Source of the DNA: Schmidtea polychroa | Lineage: Eukaryota | Assembly (NCBI GenBank): GCA_044892525.1 | Contig: CM097887.1 | Location: 94,156,397-94,220,396 of the forward strand | DNA length: 64,000 nucleotides | Reading direction: 5' to 3' | Shown: piece by piece, positions 37,301-47,508 of the stretch | Layout of the letters: every line of letters starts with the position of its first letter | Position numbering within the stretch: the stretch's first letter is position 1 | Notes under the pieces: generated by a model | Told to the model about the DNA's origin: nothing | The model's database searches: none | What the model saw: only the letters and a program-made list of their open reading frames with translations | Made by a program: the position numbers and the translations under genes

Positions 37301-40300
37301 ACAGCTTTGACCATGACACAAAATATGTATCCACAGTTACCAAGTCAACCAGGGATGAACTATATGCCAACCCGAAGAACGAAAAGCGTAGACCAAGCGG
37401 ATGACGTAAGAACGATAGCAGTGATGAGTTCACCAGGAGGCGCGGCAGTAACAGTCATGATCCAAATCAACGGGAAAGAGACAAGCGCAATGATAGATAC
37501 AGGAGCAAATGTATCAGCAATAGCAATCAACCAAATACCCAGTAAATGTTGGAAAGACATCGAACAAACAACTATCCATATCATCGCATGCAGTAAAGAA
37601 ACCGTAGACGTAGTAGGAAGATGGTGGACTACGTTAAGATATCAAGATAACGAAATTGAAACGTATCTAGCGGTGATACCCAAACTGAGTGAACCATGTA
37701 TAATCGGAACGGATTTAATGCCAGAATTGTTCAAGGAAGTAGTAATCGATTTAACAACAATGTGTCTAAAGGACAAAACGGGTAGAATATGCAAGATGAA
37801 CGCAATAATTAGATGTCCGGAGAAAATAATTGTACCAGCAAAATCACAGATGATATGTCAAATAAAAGTGGATGCAGGAATGGAAGGAGAAGTCATTTTT
37901 GAGCCAAGCAAATCATTCGAAAAACGACGAGAATTACCATTAGCAAGAGAAATAATAACAATAAATGAAGACGGGGAAATACCAATCAACATCACAAATT
38001 TCGAGGAAGAAGATAAAATCATATATGAAAATGAAAGATTGGGTAGATTGACACCCATGATAGACATCGAATTACCAAAAATCACCAACGAAACAACGAA
38101 AGCTGACGAATTATGGATAATTGACAGCACCTTGCTAACGGAAAAAGAAAAGGAAAGACTTCAACAATTATTGATAGAATATAAAGATATATTCGCAATT
38201 TCGGATTTAGATTTGGGAGCATGCGATGTTACATTACACGCAATACCATTAATAGACGAAACTCCAATCGCACTACGTCCATACAAACTAGCAGAGAAGC
38301 AAAAAGAGATAGCCGAAGCAGAAGTACAAAAAATGCTAGATGCACAAGTGATCGAACCAAGTTGTTCGCCATGGCAATTTCCCGTAGTCATGGTGAAGAA
38401 AAAAGATGGTACTCAGAGATTCTGTATCGATTATCGGAAATTAAATGCAGTAACAAAAAGAGACACATACCCGTTACCAGACATCAATGAGATGTTACTT
38501 ATGTTACAGGGGGCCGCATATTTTACATCTTTAGATCTGAAAAGCGGATATTGGCAGATCAAAGTCAAAGAGGAAGACAAAGAGAAAACAGCATTCACAT
38601 TGGGCCGAGATCTATACCAATTCAGGAAAATGCCGTTCGGACTGACCAATGCCCCAGCATCATTCCAGAGATGTATGAATTTTGTCACACATGGGATCAA
38701 GCAGTGTATGGTATATATTGATGATTTATTAATATATTCAGCAACATTCGAACAACATTTGGAAGATATCAGAAACGTGTTCGTTCGATTACGACAATGG
38801 AAATTGAAACTCAAACCATCCAAATGTGATTGGGCAAAAGAAAAGGTTACGTTCTTAGGACACATAGTGTCAGCAAAAGGCAAAGAACCAGATCCAAGAA
38901 ACATAGAAAAAATAAAAACATGTCCAGCACCAAAAACTGTCACCCAAGTTCAAGAATTTCTCGGATTATGCGGATATTATCGAAAATTCATCAAAAACTA
39001 TGCAGGTATTGCGAAACCAATACAGGACTTAGTGAAAAAGGATATTTCATTTATTTGGGGTGCAGAACAACAAAAAGCATTTGAGACATTGCGAGATAAA
39101 TTAATTGAAGCTCCAATACTGGTACATCCTGATTTCAAGAAACCGTTCTTATTAGCAACAGATGCAAGTGGATATGCAGCCGGAGCAATATTAGGACAAC
39201 TGGATGAAGAGGGAAAAGAAAGAGTGATTGGATACTACAGTAGAACGTTTAAAAAGCATGAGAAAAACTATTCCGTAACCGAGAGAGAAGCATTAGCAAT
39301 TATACAAGCGATTAAACATTTTCGATATTTGTTGTGGGGACACGAAATATGTATCACAACAGATCATCAACCACTAGTATGGCTTGGCCAACACAAAGAA
39401 GCTTCAAGTAGATTGATGCGATGGGCAATGCAGTTACAAGAATATTCACCGTTCATAAAATTCAAAGCGGGAAGAGCGAATGCCAATGCGGATTGCATGT
39501 CCAGATTTATCTTTCCAGATTTAGTAGATCACGAAATGCAACGAATATGTCTGATGGTAGCAGAAGATTTAGATTTTTGCCAATTACGGAAAGACCAGCA
39601 AGAGGATACAGAGTTGAAGCAAATCATTGAATATGTGAAAACAGGGAAAGCAGAGGTATATGAGAAAGATCAAAAATTGAAGGAGCATATGGATAAACAT
39701 CGACATCGATATATTATCGAGAAAGACTGGTTGTTGATAATGGATGGAGAAAAAAGACTGATGTGCATCCCCGAGAATAGACGTAAAGAGCTGCTAACAC
39801 AATACCATGACGGAAGACTCGGAGGACATATGTCATCTAAAAAGACGTTGGCACGAATGAAACAAAAGTATTTTTGGCCCACATTGACCGAGGATGTAAC
39901 GGAATGGGTGAAAAATTGCATAACTTGCGCAACCAGAAAAAACACGGGAACCAAATGGAAGGCACCATTAAAGCCAATGCCAGTACCAGCAGAACCAATG
40001 ACCATGATATCAATGGACGTGGTCGGTCCACTACCAGAATCAGATAGAGGAAATATATATATATTGGTAATCACAGATTATTTGACAAAATTCCCCGAAG
40101 CATTCGCAATGGCAGATCAGAAAGCAAGAACAATCGCGAAAATACTAGTAGAGGAGATATGCTGTCGATATGGAACACCAAAACAGATATTAACTGACCA
40201 AGGAACAAATTTCATGAGCGAAATAATGAGCGAAGTCACTAACTACTTCAAGATCGCAAAATTAAGAACATCACCGTACCATCCACAAACTAATGGTATG

Positions 40301-43300
40301 ACAGAAAGATTCAATGGAACACTGATTCAAATGTTATCAAATTATGTCGATCGTCATCAACGCGACTGGGACGAGTATATAAAATTATGTTTAATGGCTT
40401 ACAGAATGTCGATTCACGCGTCCACAAAGATGAGTCCGTTCAAGTTGATGTACGGCAGAGAATGCAATATGCCAATGGATTTGGAGTATCAGCCACCAAT
40501 ATCACAGTATATGGAAATAGACGATTATGTAACCAAGTTCAAGGAAAGAATGCAGGAAATCTGGGAAACTGCAGGATTGAATATAAAATTTTATCAAGAA
40601 AGTTACAAAGATCTACATGATAGAAAGAAAAACGTCAAACAGCATACGTTTCAAACAGGCGATTGGGTGATGATCGAAACACCAGAATTAGTTCCAGGAA
40701 CCACCAAAAAATTACAACGAAACGGTAAAGGTCCGTATGAGATCCTATTCATCGGAGAAACCAATGTAAGAGTACGATTGGTAAACAACCCCTTCACAAG
40801 GCCAATATATGTAAATGTGGCACGATGTAAGCCAATACCGAAAACAGCCACCAGCCAGCCGGAAGGGCGAACATTAACAACAAGATCACAAACATATAGA
40901 ATAAATATGTTACAGCAGATAAACGAACCAACAGGTAACCGATTGGGGATACAACCATCAGAAGCCGAGAAAATCATAAAGGAAGTGAAAGCTAAAATGC
41001 CCGGATGGGCAGAAGACAGATTAGATTTTGAGATATTGGGAGGTCTGCTAACAATGATCGAAAATTATGCAAACCGAGAAAGAACACACCCATTACTGAG
41101 GGTAGTAAAAAGTCAATGGCCTATATTATTTACGATCACAGACCATTATGGAGATACACCGCTGCACAAACTTTTAAAGGTCGGGAATAATGAACAAATA
41201 CTGGAAACGATCGAAGCATTTCGCGATTGTAACGTTTCAACAGATCAAGAAAATAACCAAGGTTACACTCCACTAATGATAGCAGCCAATCGGGATAAAG
41301 CTAAAGATATTATCATCGCATTACTTGAAACTGGGTCAAAGATAACCACACAAGACCACAACCAGAAAAATGCACTACATCATGCAATCGAAGGGAAAAG
41401 TACGGAAGCCTTCATAATCTTAATAGATCTATTATCATATGAGGATAATAGGGAGATAGGAAACATGTATGACGGGTTATTAACTGCAATCAAAGAGAAA
41501 TTAATAACAATTACTGGAATACTAATTGCATGGAGGAACCCGATCAAAAACGATTATATGGTAGATATAAACGAAACATTTACCAAAGGAGAAAATACCT
41601 TGATGAGGGAAGCGATGAGAGGACATCATCTATTCGAAATTCCAAATCAACTACTACAACGTGGCATAAAATTTTCAAATCACAAAGACGAACAACTAAT
41701 CAGAAAACGAATTACCAACTTCGAAAAAGCTATATCTCAATTTTCCGATAAAGTACAAGTAAAATTTTGGGAAACCGTGAGTGTATTATATATGATGGAA
41801 ACTATGAACAACATTCGAGAAAACTACCTAAGTATTATTCAAGTGCTTACGGCGGAAGAACGCATTAACAGTTCAAACAAGAAAAAGATAAAAATAAAGA
41901 AAGTAAAAACAAGAGAGTCTGAGGAGCAAGTCGATCAAATAATAACCGAGATAGCAACAACAAGTAAACCCAAGATAATAAACTCAGACCAGGAGATAAT
42001 AATACGCAAAGCCAAAGAGGTGTTCTTTGAAGAAATGCAAGATCTATCCGATGAAGCGATACTAGCAAAAATAACAAAAACAGTACACACCTACGCAAGA
42101 GACCAGACCACAAATCTAGACATAGAAAAAATAAAAACATTTATACCACTAGCATTCACCTTACCAACAAAAGACTCAAGAACACCATTACAACAAGCCA
42201 TTTTAGCAGCAAAAGAAAACAGAGCAATAACCATCATAAGAATCCTTGGAGACTTCGGAGAAGAATCTAATGCAAAAAATGAACAAGGAGAAACAGCAAT
42301 AATGTATGCAGCCATAACAAATATACACCCGAAAACATTACATATACTACATCGATCGGGATCAAGACTGGACGAAATATCAAACGAAGGAAATTCTACC
42401 ATGGATTGGGCAACCATACAACCAAACTTGGAAATGATTAGATTCATTTGTAAAAATGCTACAAGAACTGAGGTAGAAAATATCTGTAAAAACACGTCAC
42501 AGTTCCAATGGAACACGATACGGATGAACTTAGAAGCCATGAAGTTATTGCTAACATGGAAAATACCGCAAAGCAATAAATATGCAATAAATATAAATGA
42601 GTTCTACGAAAACGGAGAAAATGCTATGGTTAAAAATACACTAACAAAAGGAGGAACTCCGAAAATCATAATGATCGTATTGAACAGAGAAGACCTCAAA
42701 TTCACGCAAAATCTAAACGAACAAAAGCGGATTGGAAAACATCGCCGTATACAATTGAGAGAACTGGTAAAAGAATGGAATAGAAAGAGACATGTAGCAA
42801 CAGGCAGAAAAGAGTTTGAATTCGAGGCAAAATTAGCAAGGAATAGAGTGTTAACGGCATATCGCAAATTATTGAACGATATAAATGTCGAGGACGACAT
42901 TTCAAACGATAGCGGGGGAGATAAAGACGATAAAGACGACGATAATAATGAACAAGGTCGAAACGAGAATGGAGAGAAAGAGAAATCAGAGGAAAATAAT
43001 CAAGGGAATAACGACTCAGGTATAAAAAAGGAGGAAAATAAACCGGGAAGCCGAACAAAGGAAGAGGAAAAGACGAATAATGGGAAACAGAGGGTATGCC
43101 CACTTTTTACCAACAAGGAAATGGAAACAAATATGATGGTAATGATACTCATACTAACAATGATAGAAATGATAACAGCCCACGGTGGAATGGGAACGAT
43201 AAAAGAAGCCAAGGAAACGGAAAACAAAGACAACAAGGAGAAGGAACTAAAGCAAGAAAAGAAGAAGCAAGTACGAGAGCAACAATGGGATTTAAAAGAA

Positions 43301-44134
43301 GAATGGGATCTAAAAGAAAGGTGCATACTAGGAAGATGTATGTCGAGAGCATATCGGAGACTAGTATTAATAAATGAAGATACAGAACCGATAACGGAAG
43401 TAAGAATACAAGAAGCATACCGGAATCGAGACGGGAAGAGAATAACTAAAGTCAAAGGGAAGGAGGTACACCTGAGAAAAGGAGGTGAGGTAGTGATAAC
43501 GCAACTCCAGCCAAGAAAAGAACACAAAGTCTGCATTTCAAGATTAGGACCGGGTGAAGACTGTCTACAATATGTAACACAGCAACAACCTCCAAAAGAA
43601 TACACAGTATGCATCTGGAGAAACGATACAGCGAGAGAATGTCGACGGTACCCTGGGAAAAGAGGGAGGAAAAGAAAAATCAATGACGAAAAAGATGAGC
43701 AAGGAAAACGCAAGAAAACCGATGAGAAATATCAAGACAATTATGTATCCGAGGAGGAGATGGAGAAAATACAAAGAATGGCAAAGGAAGGTATGAACGA
43801 GGAAATAGCAAGAATACGAGGAATGATGAAAGGAAATGGCAAAGACGGTAATCTAAAAAGCACAGAAGCAATATCAACAATAACGAACAAGGAAAAAGCG
43901 GAAATTATAAGCATAAAACAGATGATGTGGATCAGCGGCATAATAATAACAGGGGCCTTTTTAATCATAACCGGGGGGACAATAAAAATAATCAAAGATA
44001 GGCGGCATCGCGGAGAACTAGAAATGGCCAGAATAAGAAATTTTCAACATCGTATAAGACGACCAAGTAATATCAAGCAGGAACAGTGGGTGGAGGCCTG
44101 GAATGCTCAGCGCCCTCCAAGCTCACGTATATAG
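34328..44134 (+). CDS. pol: Bcl2-like/Env/Pol/ankyrin polyprotein (3268 aa)
   Basis: BH2-like HIIRAGGW ~34906; signal peptide ~35050-35116; glycoprotein 35117-~36770 and TM ~36770-36873; protease DTG 37496; RT YIDD 38714; RNase H TDAS ~39160; integrase HHCC 39806-39928 and D..D(35)E at 40016/40196/40304; GPY 40729; ankyrins ~41140-41430 and ~42170-42450; C-terminal TM 43922-43993. Confidence 0.95.
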   Translation: MPRTDNERNPKYETTREAGTMMEKRAKGRPRKQGEKPEFKTREQLKQEQGQVRLEKLDKIVWDLKEAQPTIERGEKWIRELVKDMLIITNPQLRRLWQRKVASVDARQLWNTISGIIPKLIKEKTKTTKTDWEETRRVIEQLTLNANDDEHHLVVLTYLMYNLMGLAARKIPNKQFANHVEMTVTIIENTIEPHIIRAGGWKRLIQAPRKNEQERSMQIRLKKLLNELEWELPLKDPASRKASINSLMMTMMIWMLCTNGAAGFTIYDCDNSIIGERYSLRDIEECRQASPNKLDIVKKKVSYHVYQESDFIRTQARECVVSKKVLAYYCGQYSYSTLILPGLDKEIVPIQREDCKELFRTGAMRIRDGVTIHGQSGMIKTESIYVAGRVKSTDGSCNGGTYTIRGEVISGVVVIESYTVELKEYEAQFDANNYQMKTNPACRATENVCRTGISTIIYEANTQKCRLQLLKSALFNEVKGEIYENEDDDEENGNVRMQNGKPVPPSPKEKRLTTQKTPTALITDDPDIGMRFIREKETTKCDSIVYRTNYAGIYMSRQVIDRAVGKVATEDVKLYLYANNKMDFLFHRGQTTMQKVYYDLIQNDCSLNKEILKTKLAIAITHPDNTMPSLPLPDGHFGRMVGEVMYTYACTKTFARLPRKPTIPPGKCANELEISYKGRNRFVQPVTRIMNPIGFYPNTFNCSNAYGPLYEKPDGKWIMLPVKTEVQEPKKFGLIELATEQDFKPIDVSKAGMYSPEDLETARLNVLFPARRESILSNMVTITGGTNFQSGPNYELLLSPDHFQQATSNMMKAMWGRFLVFGQMMAGILGIILIIQIVRVILTQMLACFDIYKREKKVNWKLIVGFLPFLAKTMVLHGHSKDIHRIKRLIKILTKIKGTDEEVGRRFRKTMYDEATRAQLKKNKPKFLDRFRNRSNSSDSDDGDNGNDKYPYPSRNPNEKPIETAPYWEKEKTNTWIANGSYIPPDIVGQQTALTMTQNMYPQLPSQPGMNYMPTRRTKSVDQADDVRTIAVMSSPGGAAVTVMIQINGKETSAMIDTGANVSAIAINQIPSKCWKDIEQTTIHIIACSKETVDVVGRWWTTLRYQDNEIETYLAVIPKLSEPCIIGTDLMPELFKEVVIDLTTMCLKDKTGRICKMNAIIRCPEKIIVPAKSQMICQIKVDAGMEGEVIFEPSKSFEKRRELPLAREIITINEDGEIPINITNFEEEDKIIYENERLGRLTPMIDIELPKITNETTKADELWIIDSTLLTEKEKERLQQLLIEYKDIFAISDLDLGACDVTLHAIPLIDETPIALRPYKLAEKQKEIAEAEVQKMLDAQVIEPSCSPWQFPVVMVKKKDGTQRFCIDYRKLNAVTKRDTYPLPDINEMLLMLQGAAYFTSLDLKSGYWQIKVKEEDKEKTAFTLGRDLYQFRKMPFGLTNAPASFQRCMNFVTHGIKQCMVYIDDLLIYSATFEQHLEDIRNVFVRLRQWKLKLKPSKCDWAKEKVTFLGHIVSAKGKEPDPRNIEKIKTCPAPKTVTQVQEFLGLCGYYRKFIKNYAGIAKPIQDLVKKDISFIWGAEQQKAFETLRDKLIEAPILVHPDFKKPFLLATDASGYAAGAILGQLDEEGKERVIGYYSRTFKKHEKNYSVTEREALAIIQAIKHFRYLLWGHEICITTDHQPLVWLGQHKEASSRLMRWAMQLQEYSPFIKFKAGRANANADCMSRFIFPDLVDHEMQRICLMVAEDLDFCQLRKDQQEDTELKQIIEYVKTGKAEVYEKDQKLKEHMDKHRHRYIIEKDWLLIMDGEKRLMCIPENRRKELLTQYHDGRLGGHMSSKKTLARMKQKYFWPTLTEDVTEWVKNCITCATRKNTGTKWKAPLKPMPVPAEPMTMISMDVVGPLPESDRGNIYILVITDYLTKFPEAFAMADQKARTIAKILVEEICCRYGTPKQILTDQGTNFMSEIMSEVTNYFKIAKLRTSPYHPQTNGMTERFNGTLIQMLSNYVDRHQRDWDEYIKLCLMAYRMSIHASTKMSPFKLMYGRECNMPMDLEYQPPISQYMEIDDYVTKFKERMQEIWETAGLNIKFYQESYKDLHDRKKNVKQHTFQTGDWVMIETPELVPGTTKKLQRNGKGPYEILFIGETNVRVRLVNNPFTRPIYVNVARCKPIPKTATSQPEGRTLTTRSQTYRINMLQQINEPTGNRLGIQPSEAEKIIKEVKAKMPGWAEDRLDFEILGGLLTMIENYANRERTHPLLRVVKSQWPILFTITDHYGDTPLHKLLKVGNNEQILETIEAFRDCNVSTDQENNQGYTPLMIAANRDKAKDIIIALLETGSKITTQDHNQKNALHHAIEGKSTEAFIILIDLLSYEDNREIGNMYDGLLTAIKEKLITITGILIAWRNPIKNDYMVDINETFTKGENTLMREAMRGHHLFEIPNQLLQRGIKFSNHKDEQLIRKRITNFEKAISQFSDKVQVKFWETVSVLYMMETMNNIRENYLSIIQVLTAEERINSSNKKKIKIKKVKTRESEEQVDQIITEIATTSKPKIINSDQEIIIRKAKEVFFEEMQDLSDEAILAKITKTVHTYARDQTTNLDIEKIKTFIPLAFTLPTKDSRTPLQQAILAAKENRAITIIRILGDFGEESNAKNEQGETAIMYAAITNIHPKTLHILHRSGSRLDEISNEGNSTMDWATIQPNLEMIRFICKNATRTEVENICKNTSQFQWNTIRMNLEAMKLLLTWKIPQSNKYAININEFYENGENAMVKNTLTKGGTPKIIMIVLNREDLKFTQNLNEQKRIGKHRRIQLRELVKEWNRKRHVATGRKEFEFEAKLARNRVLTAYRKLLNDINVEDDISNDSGGDKDDKDDDNNEQGRNENGEKEKSEENNQGNNDSGIKKEENKPGSRTKEEEKTNNGKQRVCPLFTNKEMETNMMVMILILTMIEMITAHGGMGTIKEAKETENKDNKEKELKQEKKKQVREQQWDLKEEWDLKERCILGRCMSRAYRRLVLINEDTEPITEVRIQEAYRNRDGKRITKVKGKEVHLRKGGEVVITQLQPRKEHKVCISRLGPGEDCLQYVTQQQPPKEYTVCIWRNDTARECRRYPGKRGRKRKINDEKDEQGKRKKTDEKYQDNYVSEEEMEKIQRMAKEGMNEEIARIRGMMKGNGKDGNLKSTEAISTITNKEKAEIISIKQMMWISGIIITGAFLIITGGTIKIIKDRRHRGELEMARIRNFQHRIRRPSNIKQEQWVEAWNAQRPPSSRI

Positions 44135-44278
44135 AAAGGATTATGACTGTATATAGATTGTAAAAAGTAAGTAGACAATATTTATTTATATAACAGTATG
44201 ATATATTTTTATACAAGCGCGGTATCAATAGTATATAATGATGGGGATAATTAACATAAAAATAAAATTAGATAAGGA

Positions 44279-44662
44279 TTGAAAAGTATATATAACTTAA
44301 GAATGGAACGAATAGGCGAGGAAGTAAATCACAGTACGACAACCGAGGAGATGTGGAAACAACAATGTGCAATGTTAACTCAAGTGATTTCGAATTTACA
44401 GGAACAAGGACTCGCTGTACAAAGAAGCTTAGTCGAAAGTTTAAATAAAGGCTTCAGTCATGTAAGAATAATCGAAGACCAACGAATAAAAATAGAACAA
44501 ATGCAGCGAGAGATAGACCGAGTATCACGATACAGCCAGGTGCAAGAAGAGGAGTTAATAAGAATCGCGGAAGAGATGGAGCGAGAGGAGATAGAAGACT
44601 GGTCAGAATGGTTAACCAGCAGGGAAGAGGGCGGACAAGAGGCCGACTCTTCCAGCCAATAA
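44279..44662 (+). CDS. Small coiled-coil cargo protein (first ATG at 44303)
   Basis: E/Q/R-rich heptad pattern; same strand and composition as the element. Confidence 0.6.
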   Translation: MKSIYNLRMERIGEEVNHSTTTEEMWKQQCAMLTQVISNLQEQGLAVQRSLVESLNKGFSHVRIIEDQRIKIEQMQREIDRVSRYSQVQEEELIRIAEEMEREEIEDWSEWLTSREEGGQEADSSSQ

Positions 44663-44751
44663 ATATAACCTAAAATAGCAATGTAAATAACTGTAAATAA
44701 AAATACAAAACTGTACCAGTAACGAATATATGTATATATATAATTATAGAA

Positions 44752-46140
44752 ATGGATAAGCGACAACGAGAAGAATTCAAAGAAATTGTTGAACAAGTCA
44801 GAAAGTCCACCACAATTCGAATACACAACCATGTAACGTGTGGAATATGCAAGAACTTATTAAGAGAACCTCACCAAACCCGATGTGGATGCAGAATGTG
44901 CAGAGAATGTGTAGAGGAGGTAATAAAGAAGGGACCACAATGGTGCCCAGTATGCAAAGAAACAATGATAACAAGTTTGGGAGATACAAACGAAGATAAA
45001 GCAGCTGTAAAAGATATGATGAATGCAAACCTAGGATGCAAAAACACCCCATGTAATTGGCGAGGAGTGATATGGGAAGTGAGGCAACATATGGAGCAAT
45101 GTGAATATAAAATCAGTCAATGCAAACGTTGCCAAGAAGAGATTAAAGTCAATGAAGAAGCAGAACATCAAAGTCGATGCGAAGAAAGACTGGAGAAATG
45201 TGAGTATTGCGGAGAAACCGACACCTGGAAAAAACTAATCAGTCAACATCACAACATACAAGAGGAGAAAGTGTGCGCCGAATTCAGAGGAGAATGCCCC
45301 AACAAATGCGATAAACCCGGAGTAATAAAACTCGCTCAACATCTGAAAGAATGTGAAAGGAAAAAGATAAGGTGTGTGTTAGGAAAATGGGGATGTCAGA
45401 AACAATTACACCGAGGGGAATTACCCCAACATCTAGCAGAAAACGTATCAACACACGCGGAAATATGGTCAACGGTATTACAAGAAAACGAAAGGAAAAC
45501 CGAAAACTTAGAAAGAGAAATAGTCTCGCTAAAAGCGTTGGTAAAAGAACTATTGGAAGAAAAGGAAGCATTCGAAGAGGCGAGAACAAGCACAAAGATA
45601 CAAACAGATCTAGTAGAAACTAGCAACATTATGGTGAAAGAACTACATCAAAAAGTAAGCGAATTAAACCTCAACGAATTAATACCAACGGCTCCATACA
45701 TATGGAAGATAACGGGAGTAAAAGAGAAGATGCAGAGAGCGAGAAATGGAAAGGATACAACATTACTAAGTCCAGCATTCTACTCATGGAAAAACGGGTA
45801 TAAAATGAAAATGAAAGCATACCCCAATGGGGATGGAAGTGCATATGGAACGCATTTCTCAGTATTCTTCTTGATATGCAAAGGGCTATACGACGAGTTA
45901 ATAGAATGGCCATTCAAAGCAAAAATAGACCTCGCAATGATGAACTATCAAAGTATACATGAACAGAGTTTCCATACAGCGGGAAACCTCGTATGTTACC
46001 AAAGGCCCTTGGAAGAAGAAGGATCAGCAACCGGAGCACCGAACTTCATCCTACAGCGGAAAGTAGAAGACATGACGAAAAACGACACCATATACATAAA
46101 AATAGCGGTGAGGCGAGACGGTAAGAGTAGGACTGAGTAG
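44752..46140 (+). CDS. TRAF: Intronless TRAF-family protein (RING, TRAF zinc fingers, coiled coil, MATH/TRAF-C)
   Basis: RING 44839-44955; repeated HxxxC..C..C zinc fingers; MATH from 45694 (YIWKI..SPAFY..GYKM..YPNGDG..GTHFSVF..GLYD..WPF..G...FI). Confidence 0.95.
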   Translation: MDKRQREEFKEIVEQVRKSTTIRIHNHVTCGICKNLLREPHQTRCGCRMCRECVEEVIKKGPQWCPVCKETMITSLGDTNEDKAAVKDMMNANLGCKNTPCNWRGVIWEVRQHMEQCEYKISQCKRCQEEIKVNEEAEHQSRCEERLEKCEYCGETDTWKKLISQHHNIQEEKVCAEFRGECPNKCDKPGVIKLAQHLKECERKKIRCVLGKWGCQKQLHRGELPQHLAENVSTHAEIWSTVLQENERKTENLEREIVSLKALVKELLEEKEAFEEARTSTKIQTDLVETSNIMVKELHQKVSELNLNELIPTAPYIWKITGVKEKMQRARNGKDTTLLSPAFYSWKNGYKMKMKAYPNGDGSAYGTHFSVFFLICKGLYDELIEWPFKAKIDLAMMNYQSIHEQSFHTAGNLVCYQRPLEEEGSATGAPNFILQRKVEDMTKNDTIYIKIAVRRDGKSRTE

Positions 46141-46316
46141 AGAGACGAATAATTTTGTATATATTAAATTGTAAATATCGATGAATATACCCAGTAAAAT
46201 ATTATATAATAGTGTAGAAAACCCCAAATATGTTAAGGATAAACTTAAACGGAAAAATTCTAAAAACAACCCACCGATAACGAATTATAAACAATGAATA
46301 AACAACGAATATAAAA

Positions 46317-47393
46317 ATGCGACGTCAAGTTAATAATATCATTGTTCAGATCAAGATGACACAAGAAGGAACTGAAGCCCCAAACCACGAAACCAAAGTC
46401 AATAAAATCCATAAGGGAAAATGGGTCAAAGTAATGTTACAATTGACGAACCAGACCCGCAACCACCTCGAAGAGGCCAGGGAATACGAGAATAACAAAT
46501 ATCAGTGGTTAGTAAACAATTTGAGAGCCGAAGCAGAAGCATGCAAAAGAGCCTCTAAGTGGGCATCATTGGAAAACACTCGCCAAGAAGCGCACAGCCA
46601 CTATTTGAAACAGTTAGTGCAGGAAGCACGGAAACGATTGACGGACGAAAACACAAAACGAGAAGCAGAAAAACAAAAGGAAGGAAGGAAAATGAATCAC
46701 CTATTGGCAGAAGCCCGAAACTGGAAGCGACAGAACAACGAGATGAAAAAAGAAATGAAAGAATTGCCTATGAGATTAGAATACGAAAGCGAACAAGGCA
46801 AATGGGAGGAAAATCTGGTCATAAGAGAAGAACTGAAACGGCTCAGAAAGATTGCGGCCCGAAGCCAAACATGGCAGACCAAAGCCATGGAATTTGAAAG
46901 ACATCTAGCCATGAAAATCTCCATAAGGGAGCACGAGAATGCCGCAATGGAAGAACTGATACTTCAACAGTCAGGACGACTCGTGGAACTGGTAAATAAG
47001 GTCGCAGAACTAGAACGAGATGTCAACGGATACCAAGGAGCTCTGGAGCAGAGAAATATGGTACTGGCGGGGAAAAACAAAAAGTTAGAAAACGAAAGGA
47101 AAATGTATAACGAAAATCTCAAAAATCTGGAGATAGAGATCAAGAAATGGGAAAACGGCGAAAAAGCGGAAGAGCTAGAAAAGCAGATAGAGGTAAGAGA
47201 CGATGAAACCAGGTATCTAACATACCTGTTGGACGAGGAACTTAACGTGTCAAGAGCACTAAGAGACGAAGTGCAAGAACTTAGAGCGCAGATTCCCCGG
47301 TACTACATCCCATTTGATCCCATCGCACTCCAATTACAAACGCCAGTAGAGAGCGATGAAGGATATGTAGGCCAGGAAGAGACCTTTGTATAA
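46317..47393 (+). CDS. Long coiled-coil (SMC/myosin-like composition) cargo protein
   Basis: 358-aa open frame with heptad periodicity; no catalytic motif recognised. Confidence 0.7.
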   Translation: MRRQVNNIIVQIKMTQEGTEAPNHETKVNKIHKGKWVKVMLQLTNQTRNHLEEAREYENNKYQWLVNNLRAEAEACKRASKWASLENTRQEAHSHYLKQLVQEARKRLTDENTKREAEKQKEGRKMNHLLAEARNWKRQNNEMKKEMKELPMRLEYESEQGKWEENLVIREELKRLRKIAARSQTWQTKAMEFERHLAMKISIREHENAAMEELILQQSGRLVELVNKVAELERDVNGYQGALEQRNMVLAGKNKKLENERKMYNENLKNLEIEIKKWENGEKAEELEKQIEVRDDETRYLTYLLDEELNVSRALRDEVQELRAQIPRYYIPFDPIALQLQTPVESDEGYVGQEETFV

Positions 47394-47508
47394 AGATAAA
47401 GGGAAAGATAAAAAATACAAAATCGGGACCTGTATCCCAACCAAAAAAATTAATGGTACAGTAAAAGTATGAAAGGGACTGTAACCCTGATTATAAAATT
47501 ACCTATAA

